64,000 nt of DNA, taken from Camelus ferus (Eukaryota). Below the pieces are notes generated by a model, which did not search any database, was not told the DNA's origin, and saw only the letters and a list, made by a program, of their open reading frames with translations. A program made the translations under genes and the position numbers. How positions within the stretch are numbered: position 1 is the stretch's first letter; every line of letters begins with the position of its first letter. Below, piece by piece: positions 13,225 through 24,660 of this stretch. The stretch lies in assembly GCF_009834535.1 (NCBI RefSeq), contig NC_045696.1:111602001-111666000 (forward strand). The letters run 5' to 3'.

Positions 13225-13480
13225 TTCTGCAAATGGTAGAAATCCAACTAACATCAACATAAATAGAAGTTTCTTATTCTCAATACACAGAGACAATTCT
13301 GGACTGGTATGGTAACCCAAAGATGTCATCAAGCATCCAGTCTCTTTCTATCTTCCGGCTATACTTTCCTTAAAATGTGACTTTTATCCCCATGAATGAA
13401 AGATGGTTGCAACACCTCCAGGCATCAAGCCTACATTCCAGGCAGGAAGGAGGTGGAAGGTCAAAAAGACAAAAGAATTT
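13225..13480 (-). mobile_element. Old MaLR LTR fragment (MLT1K/L-like)
   Basis: gatgtcatcaagcatccagtctctttctatc...aagatggttgcaacacctccaggcatc...ccaggcaggaagg. Confidence 0.65.
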
Positions 13481-13599
13481 TCTCTTGGTAAGATATTTCA
13501 TTTTGTTTTGTTTTTGCATAATGTTATTAATGGTGTATTTCCTTACATTTTTCTACTAAAAAACCGGAAAAAATTTTAACTATTCTTCTTTTCTTATTA

Positions 13600-14150
13600 T
13601 TACTGTTGACAGATTTTCTGAGATATAATATATATCATAAAAGTCACTCTTTTTGCTGTACAAATCAGTGAGTTTTAGAAAATTTACAGAATTGTGCAAC
13701 TGTCACTGTAATCTAATTTTAGAGCATTCCCACCCCCAAAAGATTCCTCATGCAGTTATCCTCTGCAGTTACTCTCCAATCCCACCTCCAGCCCAGGGGA
13801 CTCCTATCTGTCTCTATAGATTTGCCTTTTCTGGACATTTCATGTAAATAAAATTATATAATATGTGATATTTTGTGTCTGGATTCTTTCCTTCACAAAA
13901 TGTTTCAAGGTTTATTTATGTTGTAGCATGTATCACTAGTCTGTTCCTTTTATATTGGTGAATAGTACTCCATTCTTTGGAAATACCACATTTCATTTAT
14001 CTATTCACCGTCTGGTAGACTTTGGGGTCTTTCAGAATTGGGTTTTTATGAATGATACTGCTCTCAATATTCATGTATAAGTCTGTGTATAAACACATTC
14101 TCATTTCTTTTGGGTAGATTCCTAGGAGTGGAATAGTCAAGCATATGACA
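13600..14150 (-). mobile_element. L1MB-like 3' end
   Basis: tacaaatcagtgagttttagaaaatttacagaattgtgcaac...gatttgccttttctggacatttcat...cctaggagtggaat. Confidence 0.85.
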
Positions 14151-14179
14151 AATTTTTGATAAAATCATGAATTTTAAGA

Positions 14180-15255
14180 ATTTTCCTTAATAAAGGTTAA
14201 AGAACAAAAGTATTTAAAAAAACTATAGCTATAGTAATTTATTAATGAATACAGAATATAAAAAGATGTAAATTATAATATCAAAAACATAAGAGAGGAG
14301 GTAAAGGAGTAGAGTTATTGTACGCAATCAAAGTTAAGTTGTTATCAGGATAAAATATACAGTTATACCTATATGATGTTTTATGTAAGTTTCATGGTAA
14401 CTACAAAGCAAAATCCTAAAGTAAATACATAAGGAAGGAAATCAAAGAATACCACTGTGGAAAATCACCAATTCACAAAGGAAGACAGAAAGAGAGAAAG
14501 GAGGGAATATGAGAATTACAAGACAGCCAGAAAATAACTAATGAGATGGCATTAGTAAGTCCTTCCCTATCAATAATTACTTTAAATATAAGCTGATTAA
14601 ATTTTCTAATCAAAAGGCAAAGAGTGACTGAATGGATTTAAAAAAAATATCTATACCCTGTCTACAAGAGACTCACGCTGCTGCATGGGCACCAATAGTC
14701 TCATAGTGAAGGGATAGAAAAAAGATATTCCATGCAAGTGGAAACTGAAAGAGAGCAGGAGTAGCCATACTTATTACAGACAAAATAGACTTTAACTCAA
14801 AAACTGTAAAAAGAGATTAAAAAAAAGGACATTATATGATGATAAAGGGGTCAATTCATCAAGAAAATATAACAATCATAAATTTATATGCACTCAAAAT
14901 ATGAGCACCCAAATAGTTTGAGCAATTATTAATAGATCTGAAGGGAGAAGCAGACAATAATTCAACAATGAACAATTACATACCAACAAATTGGATAACC
15001 TAGAAGAAATGGGTAACCTACCAAGACTGGATCATGACTAAACAGAAAATCTGAAAAAACTAACAATGAGTAAGGAGATAGAATTAGTAATCAAAAAATC
15101 TCCCAACAAAGAGAAGCCCAGGACCAAAAGTCTTCCCTGGTGAATTCTACCAAACATGTAAAGAAAAATTAATCCCAATCCTTCTTAAACTCTTCCCCCC
15201 AAAAAATTAAGAGGAAGGAACACTTCCAAACTTATTTTACAAGGTCTGCATTAAT
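14180..15255 (+). mobile_element. L1 inter-ORF region and ORF2 endonuclease fragment with internal deletion
   Basis: atggcattagtaagtccttccctatcaataattactttaaat resembles the ORF2 start (SIITLN); jumps near 14965 to aacaaattggataacctagaagaaatgg and gcccaggacca. Confidence 0.85.
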
Positions 15256-16499
15256 TACGTGAAAAAATGAGAAAAATAGTAGCCTGAACCAAAGTGGAGC
15301 CCGCGAGGGTGGAGAGACATCTAGGAGATACGGAAGATGACCTGGGGTTAATTAAATCATAAGGAGTGGAGAATGGGGAGGGGGCAGAAGCAGTCAAGTA
15401 TTTAGTGTAATATTTCCTCTTTCTGCTTTTCATTGGCGCTCTAAATCATCAGACTTTTTGTTATCAAAGAGAATGACCAGAGGGGGAAAAAAATCATATA
15501 AAGACCAGTACTCCATACATGTGAATTTTACTTTCTGCCAAAACTGATCCATTTTTATTTTAGCTTCAGATTGATTTGAGTGTTGCAAGATGGAATAACT
15601 TGTGACATGAGTCTATCACTGATATCTAGTTTAATGAAGCATTTTATTCTAAACGATATACTGTGGGCGAGATGAGGAGAGAAATGTTTTCCCAGAGCCA
15701 TACGAATACGGCTTTTGGTTGATTAGCCTTGAAAATTGCCCAAAATAAATTAGCACCGAATAAAAGACAGAGAGCCAGATGTCAGTATTAATGGGGAGTT
15801 ACAAAGTGCCGTGAAAAAAGTGACACAGAAGAGCTGAAGGGTCCTGTGAATTAAATGTTGTATTTGCTGATACAAGTTTTGTGCATTGTCAGGGCTGCAG
15901 ACACCTGCTTTATTGAGAGTAAGAACTTCCAAGGCTTCTAATCATGAAATATGGTATTCCGTGGAATTCCATGAAGTTCCAGCTGGAAAAACCAAAGCTG
16001 GAACCAGACAGTTTGCTGGGCCTTGATAACTGCTTTCTCCAGTGGAAGCATCAAATTGCATTCTATAAGAAAGCAACGCCAGTTCCCCATGTCCCTAACC
16101 AAAGCCTCATTCATTTCAAGAACAGAAGAGTAACAGATGACGGCATGATCTGGGGATCAGCACACTGGAAGGTGTGCTATCCTAGGGTACCTGGAAGGAA
16201 ACGGGGCAGGACAAGATTCCCTCTCCAAAGGAACCTCACACACTTTGTCATTTGTCCCCAGAAAATAGGGAAGTAGAAGTGGGAACATGAACAGTATCCC
16301 ACTCCCCACGACCAGGTCTGCAGCAGACCCTGCCGCTGGCTCACTCACTCATAATTTCATATGGTGAGTTATCAAATTCACTGAACTGACATCATTGACA
16401 CCATGAACGATGAGCTCTGCTGAGGGATAGATGGACACAGAGACCGCTAATAATGACTCCTGTCCTGAATCAAGGTAAGGATAGCTGTCTCCATTGGGA

Positions 16500-16700
16500 G
16501 CTCTCTCTGTAGGCACTTTGAGTATGTGTCTTAGTTGATTCTTTCAACAACCCCGTAATGTAGGTATTGCTATCATTATTTAAATGATAGAGAAAGTGAG
16601 GTTCAGGAAGGTCAAGCAATATATCCAAGTTCGTGCATCTGAAAAAGCTGTTCAACCGGAATTTGATATCCTTCTATTCTGACCCCAAATCCCTTGTTCT
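16500..16700 (-). mobile_element. MIR
   Basis: caacaaccccgtaatgtaggtattgctatc...gaaagtgaggttcagg. Confidence 0.75.
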
Positions 16701-16779
16701 TAACCACACCTAGCTTAGTGTCTAAAAGGGAACATAAAATATGAATAAAAGCAAGTATAATCCAGGTAACAATCCTTAG

Positions 16780-17010
16780 AGTGCTCTCTACATGCCCAAC
16801 GTTGTTCAAAACACTACTTGTTTTAATTGATTTAATCCCCACAGCCATGCCATAATATAGGTACTAGCATCTCCATGTTAGGGATGGAGAAACTGAGGCC
16901 CAGACATTTGCCAAAAGCCACACAGCCAATAAATGACAATACTGGGATTCGAACCCAGGGAGACTGACCTCAAGGAGCCATGCTGTCAACACATGCTACC
17001 CCGCCACACT
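16780..17010 (-). mobile_element. MIR
   Basis: gatggagaaactgaggcccag...ctgggattcgaacccagg. Confidence 0.8.
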
Positions 17011-17054
17011 CAAAATGGAGGGCACAGATTCAAGGCTAGAAGAGGAAGTGCTTT

Positions 17055-17206
17055 CTTTTTTTTAAACACCTTTATTGTGGTTTGGTTCCTGTATAATAAA
17101 CTACACATATTTCAGATGTACAATTTGATGAGTTTTGATAGATGTACACACTCATGAAACCACCGTCACAATCAAGATAGCTAACATTTCCATCACTCCC
17201 CAAAAA
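17055..17206 (-). mobile_element. Old L1 (L1MB/MC-like) extreme 3' end
   Basis: Poly-T, then gtacaatttgatgagttttga...gaaaccaccgtcacaatcaagatag. Confidence 0.8.
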
Positions 17207-17207
17207 G

Positions 17208-17740
17208 TGCAAATTTTGAATTCCCAGTTTATCCCTTCCCATCACCTTTCCCCCCTGGCAACCATCAGTTGGTTCTCTATGTCTGTGAGTCTCTTTCTGT
17301 TTTGTAACTAGTTCATTTGTGTCCTTTTGTTTTTTTCTTTAGATTCCACATATAAGCGTTACCATGTGGCACTTTTTTTCTCTTTCTTGTTTCACTTAAA
17401 ATGATCATCTCCAGGTCCATCCATGTTGCTACAAATGGCATTATTTTATTCTTTTTATGGCTGAGTAGTATTCCATTGTATTATATATATATATACACCA
17501 CATCTTCTTTATCCATTCATCTGTTGATGGACCCTTAGGTTGCTTCCATATATTAGCTATTATAAATAATGCTGCTATGAGCATTGGGATGCATGTATCT
17601 TTTCAAATTAGTGTTTTTGTTTTTTTCAGATATATACCCAGGAGTGGAGTTGCAGGATCATATGGTAGTTCTACTTTTTAGTTTTTTGAGAAACCTCCAT
17701 ACTGTTTTCCACAGTGGCTGCACCAATTTACATGTCCACC
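17208..17740 (-). mobile_element. Lineage-type L1 fragment (ORF2 end/3' UTR) lacking its terminal UTR and tail
   Basis: Collinear with the L1 at about 47110-47645; no poly-T of its own. Confidence 0.9.
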
Positions 17741-18039
17741 TGCAAATTTAAAAAAGTAAAATAAAATCAGAGGAAGTTTAGAAATCAGAGGGAAAATATT
17801 ACTCCATTGTGCAAGCATCCTAAAACACAACTACTATCATTTTCTTGTACATTCATTTAGGGTTTTTATATAAACAACTTGAAGCTGTAAAGTAGAATAG
17901 TATGTGAAAGAAATAAGTATTTGGGGGAAGATGACTTTTTTGAACTGGGTTTCAGGAAAAAAGATGGATATGTGGAAGGAGGGTGAGGTCAGGTGGAAGA
18001 AATTCTAAGTAAATAGATTTCTCTCCGCCACTCTGCCTT

Positions 18040-18200
18040 TATTCTCTACCTTCAGCATTGTTCTATCATAGCTTCGTGTAGGTTGTACTCACGTATTTCC
18101 TTTCTTTCTTACAGGAAGACCAGGCGGACAGGGACGAGATAGGCTTCATCACTGCATGCCCAGCGCCAGACTCACGGGAGGCACCCAATCATCATCCATG
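18040..18200 (+). mobile_element. L2 3' fragment
   Basis: ggacagggacgagataggcttcatcactgcatgcccagcgccagac. Confidence 0.55.
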
Positions 18201-18352
18201 AAACGGAGGAAGAAGGGAGCAAATTAGAAAAGTTAGGAAATGAGTAAAGAGCCAATAATAAGTTCTGCAGGAATTAAGAAAACATGTCCAGATTATCAAG
18301 GAGAGCTTCATGTAGTAGGTGGAGTTTGAGCCAAATAAGAGCTTTTAAATAT

Positions 18353-18530
18353 ATCTTACTGCATTGATTCTAAGACAGATATTTTCACATTTTAACATCT
18401 CTGAAATTGGAGCCCTTTTAGTCGATGGTGTGTTTTAGCATCATTGGCATCATTTTTTCTACGTTAGGTAATAAATTAAAATGGCAGTCCTTTTGACACT
18501 TGATGGCATCTCAGACTCAAGGAAATAATG
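18353..18530. mobile_element. MER104/Kanga-like TcMar-Tc2 MITE
   Basis: cattgattctaagac...ttttcacattttaacatctctgaaattgg...gatggcatctcagactcaaggaaata with degenerate terminal inverted repeats. Confidence 0.7.
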
Positions 18531-18639
18531 TGCCAATATAGAAATGACTTGTTTGACTCCTGTAAACAGTATCTGTTAGGAAATAAATGAGGAAGGCAAA
18601 AGCAGACTATGGAGCATTCTGGTCATTGGATGTGGGCCA

Positions 18640-19099
18640 CCATGGAAGGGTGCAACCTTGGGAAAGTGGCTTTCTGCTTCTGAGGCAATTAATAAATGGG
18701 CTGACAGTGGGAAGGTGCCCTCTGACAGCACACCCAGAAACTGGGCAAAAAGTCCTCCTTGATAGGGGATCTGGGTGGCATCTGGTGGTGGCCCCTACAA
18801 AGCCCCAGCAAGCAGCCCTCAGCCAATGACTGAGAAGGATTGGAGAATAAATATTCCAGCTTCCTCACCTCTCAGGATTGAGTATGGTGGGAAGATAACT
18901 TCAAAGCATGTTCTGCACTATCTCCCACAATTCCCTAGTTGCCCAAAATTAACACCTGCCCAATGCCACACCATTTATTGGATTTCTTCCCTTTGCTACC
19001 TAACTTCCCCCAGACCCTGTCTGTGCTTCCTAAATAAGCCATGTGCATTCATGTCCTTGTCTCAGGTCTGCTCCTGAGAGAGAGAACCAACCAAAAACA
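18640..19099 (+). mobile_element. ERVL LTR (LTR16-like)
   Basis: cagccctcagccaatgactga...ccagcttcctcacc...tccttgtctcaggtctgct...aaaaca. Confidence 0.8.
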
Positions 19100-19334
19100 T
19101 TCCCCAAAGCTTCTCTACTCATTTTCTCTACGTGATAAAAATAGACATTTTTTAAAGGAATGACCTATATCTCCAGGCTTCCCTTTTATTGTAATTTACA
19201 CTCTTTTCTCCCACCAAGCCAGTTATTTGAAATAGTCGTTAAGTGACCTTGACACATGCTAACGCCTCCAAGGTGCAGACTGTTCACAGAGTGTGCTGAT
19301 TCCTCCACCACAATGCTGATTGTTTAGCAGAAAG

Positions 19335-19359
19335 ACACACACACACACACACACACACA
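19335..19359. repeat. (AC)n microsatellite, about 12 units
   Basis: Direct reading. Confidence 0.95.
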
Positions 19360-20002
19360 ATCCTTAGCACTTCTGGACTTAATCAAAAGCAGGTTTGGTG
19401 AAGCACATTCCTGTCATAAACCCAGCAGACAATAAAATCAATCTTCCCTGAATGGTTATGTTTGGCACCTGCTGACAGCAGCTCAAGGGCTGCGGGAGTG
19501 CCCACAGCTGTACTCAGCAGCGGTCCAGGGACACCTGCTGTTGGCCTATTTGCATATGCAGATGTAACCCGAGAGGATACCTTCTCAGGCAAGGGATGAT
19601 AGACCAGATGGATGAGAGTCCTTCTGAGGGCGTGGTTGCTATGCCAGGAGGGGCAGTTCCGGATGGGGGAGGACCACACAAACACTTTCAACCAAGAAAA
19701 ACATTTTTATATCTGAGAAAGTTGTCCTAGTTGACAGATACATGTGGCATGGGGAACATTTGGCCTTGGTCCTCCTTACTTCCTTTAACCTGTAGTTCTG
19801 ACCATTTGGGTCCATCTGAGATCTTAGAGAAGAACAGAAAAGAAAAAGGGAAAATCCTTGGATTTTAAGCTCAAAAACAATAGTCTACCTATTACGGGAA
19901 GGCTTCAATACATGCAAAAAGAATCTCTCCTCACCCTGAGACAGTGACTGGGTGTAGGTTGTTTACTTAGGAGGTGATTCCCCATGAACGTCAAGAATGG
20001 CA

Positions 20003-20495
20003 ATATTAATCCCTTATCGGTCATATCATTTGCAAATATTTTCTCCCAATCAGTAGGCTGTCTTTTTGTTTTGTTGATGGTTTCCTTTGCTGTGTCTTTT
20101 TCAACGCTTAAGTTTAATTAGTTCCCGTTTGTTTACCTTTGCTGTTATTTCCTTTGCTCTAGGAGTCCAATCCAAAAAAATACTGCTGCGATTTATGTGA
20201 GTGCTCTGCCTATGTTTTCCTCTAGGAGTTTTATAGTACCTGGTCTTACATTTAGGTCTTTAATCCATTTCGAGTTTATTTTTGTATGTGGTATTAGAGA
20301 ATGTTCTAATTTCATTCTTTGACATGTAGCTGTCCAGTTTTCCCAGCACCACTTTTTGAAGAGACTGTCTTTTCTCCATTGTATGTTCTTGCCTACTTTG
20401 TCCATGACCATAAGTGCATGGGTTGATTCCTGGACTTTCTATCCTGTTCCATTGATCTATGTGTCTGTTTTTGTGCCAGTTCCATACTGTTTTGA
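20003..20495 (-). mobile_element. L1 ORF2 internal fragment
   Basis: ORF 20193..20411 [22 protein letters not shown]...[13 protein letters not shown] is L1 ORF2p C-terminal region. Confidence 0.95.
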
Positions 20496-20651
20496 TAATA
20501 ACTGAAAACTTCCCTAATTTAGAAAAGAAAACAATCACCCAAGTCCAGGAAGCACAGAGAGCCCAAAACAGGATTAACCCAAAGAGAAACACACCAAGGC
20601 ACATAGCAACCAACCGACAAAAATTAAAGATGAGGAGAAAATATTAAAAGC
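20494..20651 (+). mobile_element. L1 ORF1 internal fragment, inverted relative to the adjacent ORF2 piece
   Basis: [37 protein letters not shown] is the L1 ORF1p RRM-region motif. Confidence 0.9.
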
Positions 20652-21134
20652 CTCCATATAAGTCTTGAAATTGAAAGACCCAAAGGACCTGTGTTCAAGT
20701 CCGTGGCAGGACACTTGAAAGCAAGCAGGGTCGGTGAGGTCCCTACACCTCACTAGCCTGGAACAGTAACACAAGTAGGATAAAAATGATGTCGGGGAGG
20801 GTAATTTCAGGAACCATAAGAATGCAAGAAGCCTAGCGAAATGGCTAAGAAAAGGTTCAAAGTCCTCACAAGAAAGAAGCAGAGTTCATAAACAGGTAGA
20901 CAAGCTGGTGGGAGAAGGAACAGCCCCGCAGAGGTCAGGGTGGAAGGACAGTGATGGCGGAGAAAGCAGCTGAGACCACTGCAGCAAATGCAGCAAAACG
21001 TAAGTTACCAAGAAAGTTCCAAATTCCTCCCTCTAGGGCTGTGGCATGCTGTCAATTCCCTGAAATCTTAGATGTTTCTTCTTCAGGGAGGGAGAATGTC
21101 CAAATTGACTGACGTTAAATACAAAAGAGCAGAG

Positions 21135-22090
21135 GAATAAGCTCCAGGTGAGGTTTCCCCCAAGTAAGAGCCTGGAACAAGGATTTGAGTGCAGGTGTTT
21201 GTTTGGGAGGTGACTCCAGAGAGCAGGAGTGAGGGACTGGAGGAGTGACACAGGGACGGAGGCAAAGGCAGGGTCCGGGGTGTTATAGAGGGACGCGTGT
21301 GGCAATAGGAACTCAATTCTGCTGGGACATGTGAGAGTCATGGAGACTCTTCCACCTTAAGGAAAAGAGGCTGAGCATTTATCCATTGGCTCCTGTTTCC
21401 CAGTGGTCAAGGGATGCCCTCTGTATTCCCTAAAAAAGCAGGACCAATAGGATGTGTGTGTGTGTGTAGAGAGAGAACTGGCTCCCATGACTATAGATGC
21501 TGATAAGTCCCAAGATCTGCAGGGAGAGCTAGAAAGCTGGAGACCCAGGGGAGCTGATGGTGTGATTCCTGCCTTAGGAGAGTGGGCTTATGGTCGAGGA
21601 AGAGCCATTGGCTCAGTTCAAGTCTAAAGGCAGGAAAAAGGCAATGTACCAGTTTACAGGCCACCTGTCAGGAAGAGTTCTCTCTTACTTGGGGAGAGTC
21701 AGCCTTTTAGTTCTTTTCAAACCTTCAAGTGACTGGGTAGAGCCCACCCCCATTATTCAGGGCAACCTGCTTTGATTAGTCTATCAATTTAAATATTAAT
21801 CTCATCCCACAACTCCCTCACAAAAACCCCCTGAACAATGCTTGACATCTGGGTACCCTGTGGCCCAGTCAAACTGACACCCTCAGAGATGTTCATTCTT
21901 CTGCACTTCCAAGGGATTGCCTGCCAACAGTCATGAGTTTGGAGGAAGCCCTGGGCAACAAAGCAAAGGCTGAGCACATAGACCACAGAGGCTGACAGGT
22001 GGAAGTAAGTCAAAGTCCAGACAGAATCGTGCACGGAGCCAAGGCTGAAATTAAAAGTAAGGCCAAGATGTGTGATTTGGGGCATAAGAG
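21135..22090 (-). mobile_element. ERVL LTR (LTR16-like), split by MLT2
   Basis: acaaggatttgagtgcaggtgtttgtttgggaggtgactccag; resumes after 21880. Confidence 0.7.
21422..21879 (-). mobile_element. MLT2-type ERVL solo LTR
   Basis: ccaataggatgtgtgtg...aagtcccaagatctgcag...gctggagacccagg...ggcccagtcaaactgaca; TSD ccctc at 21417-21421 and 21880-21884. Confidence 0.9.
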
Positions 22091-22999
22091 CATTTTATAC
22101 ACTAGGTTTTTCAGAATTTGTTAAGATTGCTATTTTTGTGCCAATGACAGACTAGGGTTTCAAAAACCAGATTCAACTGAAGTATAGAAACATCTAGAAA
22201 GCTGTATTTCCTGCTCACCTGGTTTCTGTGGTGAGAGATATTCTTACTCACTTTACACATATAAAAAAAATGCTAACAAGTTAAATTCGCTTAATCAAGT
22301 CTTGGTAATCAATGGTGCTGCCCAATACCTCTTATCTAGCGTGCCTGTAATTTATTTTTTCATATTAATTCATCCATTGAGCATGATTAAGTGTATGAGC
22401 CATTATGACAGTCGGGAGCACAAAAGGTGGAAAAGATGAATTTTCTGCTCTCTAATAGCTTCCCAATTACTTGCCTTCAAGGACAGGAAGTCGAGTGAAT
22501 CCTGGCCGCTGTATGGGCTTATGACTTCAGACCTTGTCTGGGCACTGTCTCTGCGTGGAGACTGGAGGAAAAACAGATATGGACGCAAAAGCTGGAAATC
22601 ACAGAGGCTCACATTTGAATAGTTTCCACTCAAAAGGCAAATTGTCTGGCTTCAAACATCTAAGTTTCCCTCCACCTGAATTTATCAAGATAAAAATATT
22701 TCTCCTCAATCCACACCACTAACATGACACACTGTTTCTTTTTATTGTTTGGCAATAGAGGAGTCAAACCAAACATCTGATTTCTTTTTATTCTTTCCAC
22801 TTACAAATAAATAGAAGTGAATGTCTCCTGCATTTTCTTCCAACTTTTTCCTTCATATACTTTACCTTTCACCTTTTCTCTAGTTTTTGCTTCTCCTTAT
22901 TTTTTCCCCCCAAAATAGGAATAGTATAGTATAGGAATGGGAACGTGTCGTGGAATGAGAGAGTGGGAAAGATGGTCAGTTTTTTAAAAAAATGAGCCG

Positions 23000-23620
23000 C
23001 CATCAGCGCTCGCCAGCATCACCGCGTTAGACTCCTAATTGGAACCTTTGCTCACGTTCCTGCCTTCCTACAATCAGGCCTCTGCACAGCAGCCTAGTAA
23101 ACTGTACGTTACATCACCGCGCTCTGCGCGAACCCCCGCGGCAACTTCCCGTCTCCCTCACCCACCTTTCTGCCCTCACCTCTGGGCTTGCTCACCGGAC
23201 TCCAACCACACGGGCCGCCTTGCCTTCCCTCCTCCAGGCACTCTCCTGCCTCAGAACCTGTTGGCTGACTCTATCCCAAGATTAGAAATCCACTCGGCTA
23301 ACTCACCTGCTCAAAGTCTACTCCTCAATAGAGACTCCTTGCTCTTACCTCCCCTTTATTCAAAATTGCAACTGCTCCCCTCCACCCAATGCCCTTGGTC
23401 CTCTTTATTTGCTTTCCATCTTTCTTCTTACACAGCAGCTGTCACCTGCTAACTAGGCAATAAAATTTACTTATGTAATTTATTCTTTATTATCTGAATC
23501 TCCCCCTAAAACGTAAGCACTAAAAAGGCAGGAATCTTTTTTTATTCCGAGTTATATTCCAAAATTTTTTCTAGAAAAACTGATACATACAAGGCCCTCA
23601 ATAAGTATTTTTTTTACTTA
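23000..23620 (+). mobile_element. L2 3' region
   Basis: ctccaaccacacgggcc...ctctcctgcctcag...ggcaggaatc...ccctcaataagtatt. Confidence 0.75.
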
Positions 23621-24242
23621 ATCAATCTTCCAATGTCCAGAACGTCCTCTTCTTAAAATATTTGTGTTGCTTTGGTCATGATTTTCAATTATTACTCTTC
23701 TTGCTTTTTGTTTCTGAATTTCAGTTAGTTTAGCTACATCATTATGATTTAACTCATTTTTATTTGACTAGCCTCACACGCCTTACAAAAAACATATTTA
23801 GCAACAGCCACAATCTCCAGTAAAGACACTTTAAGGGCTTTGTATTAAGGCACAAATACGAACTGGCCAAACTTCATGGCTAAAGCAGGTACATACAAAA
23901 TCCTCACAATTTTGCTTTTGTGGTGGGGGAGATTTTATTAGTGAAATGCTGCCTATGAATCTGGGTTTTTTAACTAACATATTATCAAGGTAAATGTGCT
24001 AAAATTATTAAGTAATATTTCAGTTACAGTGTACTAATATGTAATAAAAAATTATTTGTATATAGGTTTAAATTCCTCTCATAAATTAAACATATTTGTG
24101 TAATAGCAAATAAATCACTACTTTAACTTTTGTTTTTTTCCAATTCTTCATGATAAAGCCTTTTTCAACAGAAGAGTAGGTCTAGTGAACAGGCCTCCAG
24201 TTTTTCCCAAGTCTGTATTAGCAACAGTCAAAATGCATGATA

Positions 24243-24344
24243 GAGGGGAGGGTGTAGCCCAGTGGTAGAGTGCACACTTAGCATGCATGAGGTCCTGGGT
24301 TCAATCCCTAGGACCTCCATTAAAAAAAAATGATAATAATAAAT
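24243..24344 (+). mobile_element. tRNA-Ala-derived SINE (vic-1-like)
   Basis: ggggagggtgtagcccagtggtagag...cttagcatgcatgaggtcctgggttcaatccc plus A-tail; degenerate TSD aaaatgcatgata (24230-24242) / aaaatgtgtaata (24345-24357). Confidence 0.92.
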
Positions 24345-24399
24345 AAAATGTGTAATATCCACTGATCTTGGAAGGGAGGGGGTCACTGAATGTCCTTGG

Positions 24400-24660
24400 A
24401 GGTTGTATGATCGGGTGATTTAAGAACTCAGTCTCCAGAATCAGACACACTTAGACATGAATTCCCAGACCACCAACTACTAGTGCTGTGAACTGAGGCC
24501 AGTGATGTAACATCTCAGCATCTCCATTTCCTCATGTGGAAAGTGAGGCTAATGTTAGTACCTAGAGCTACTGAGAGGATTAACGGAGATAATGCAAGGT
24601 AAGCACTTAGCACAGTCCTTGGCACGTAGTTTGTGCTCAACAAATATTAGTTATTATTAA
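24400..24660 (+). mobile_element. MIR, near full length
   Basis: ctccatttcctcatgtggaaagtgagg...gaggattaa...aagcacttagcacagtccttggcacgtag...ctcaacaaatattag. Confidence 0.85.
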
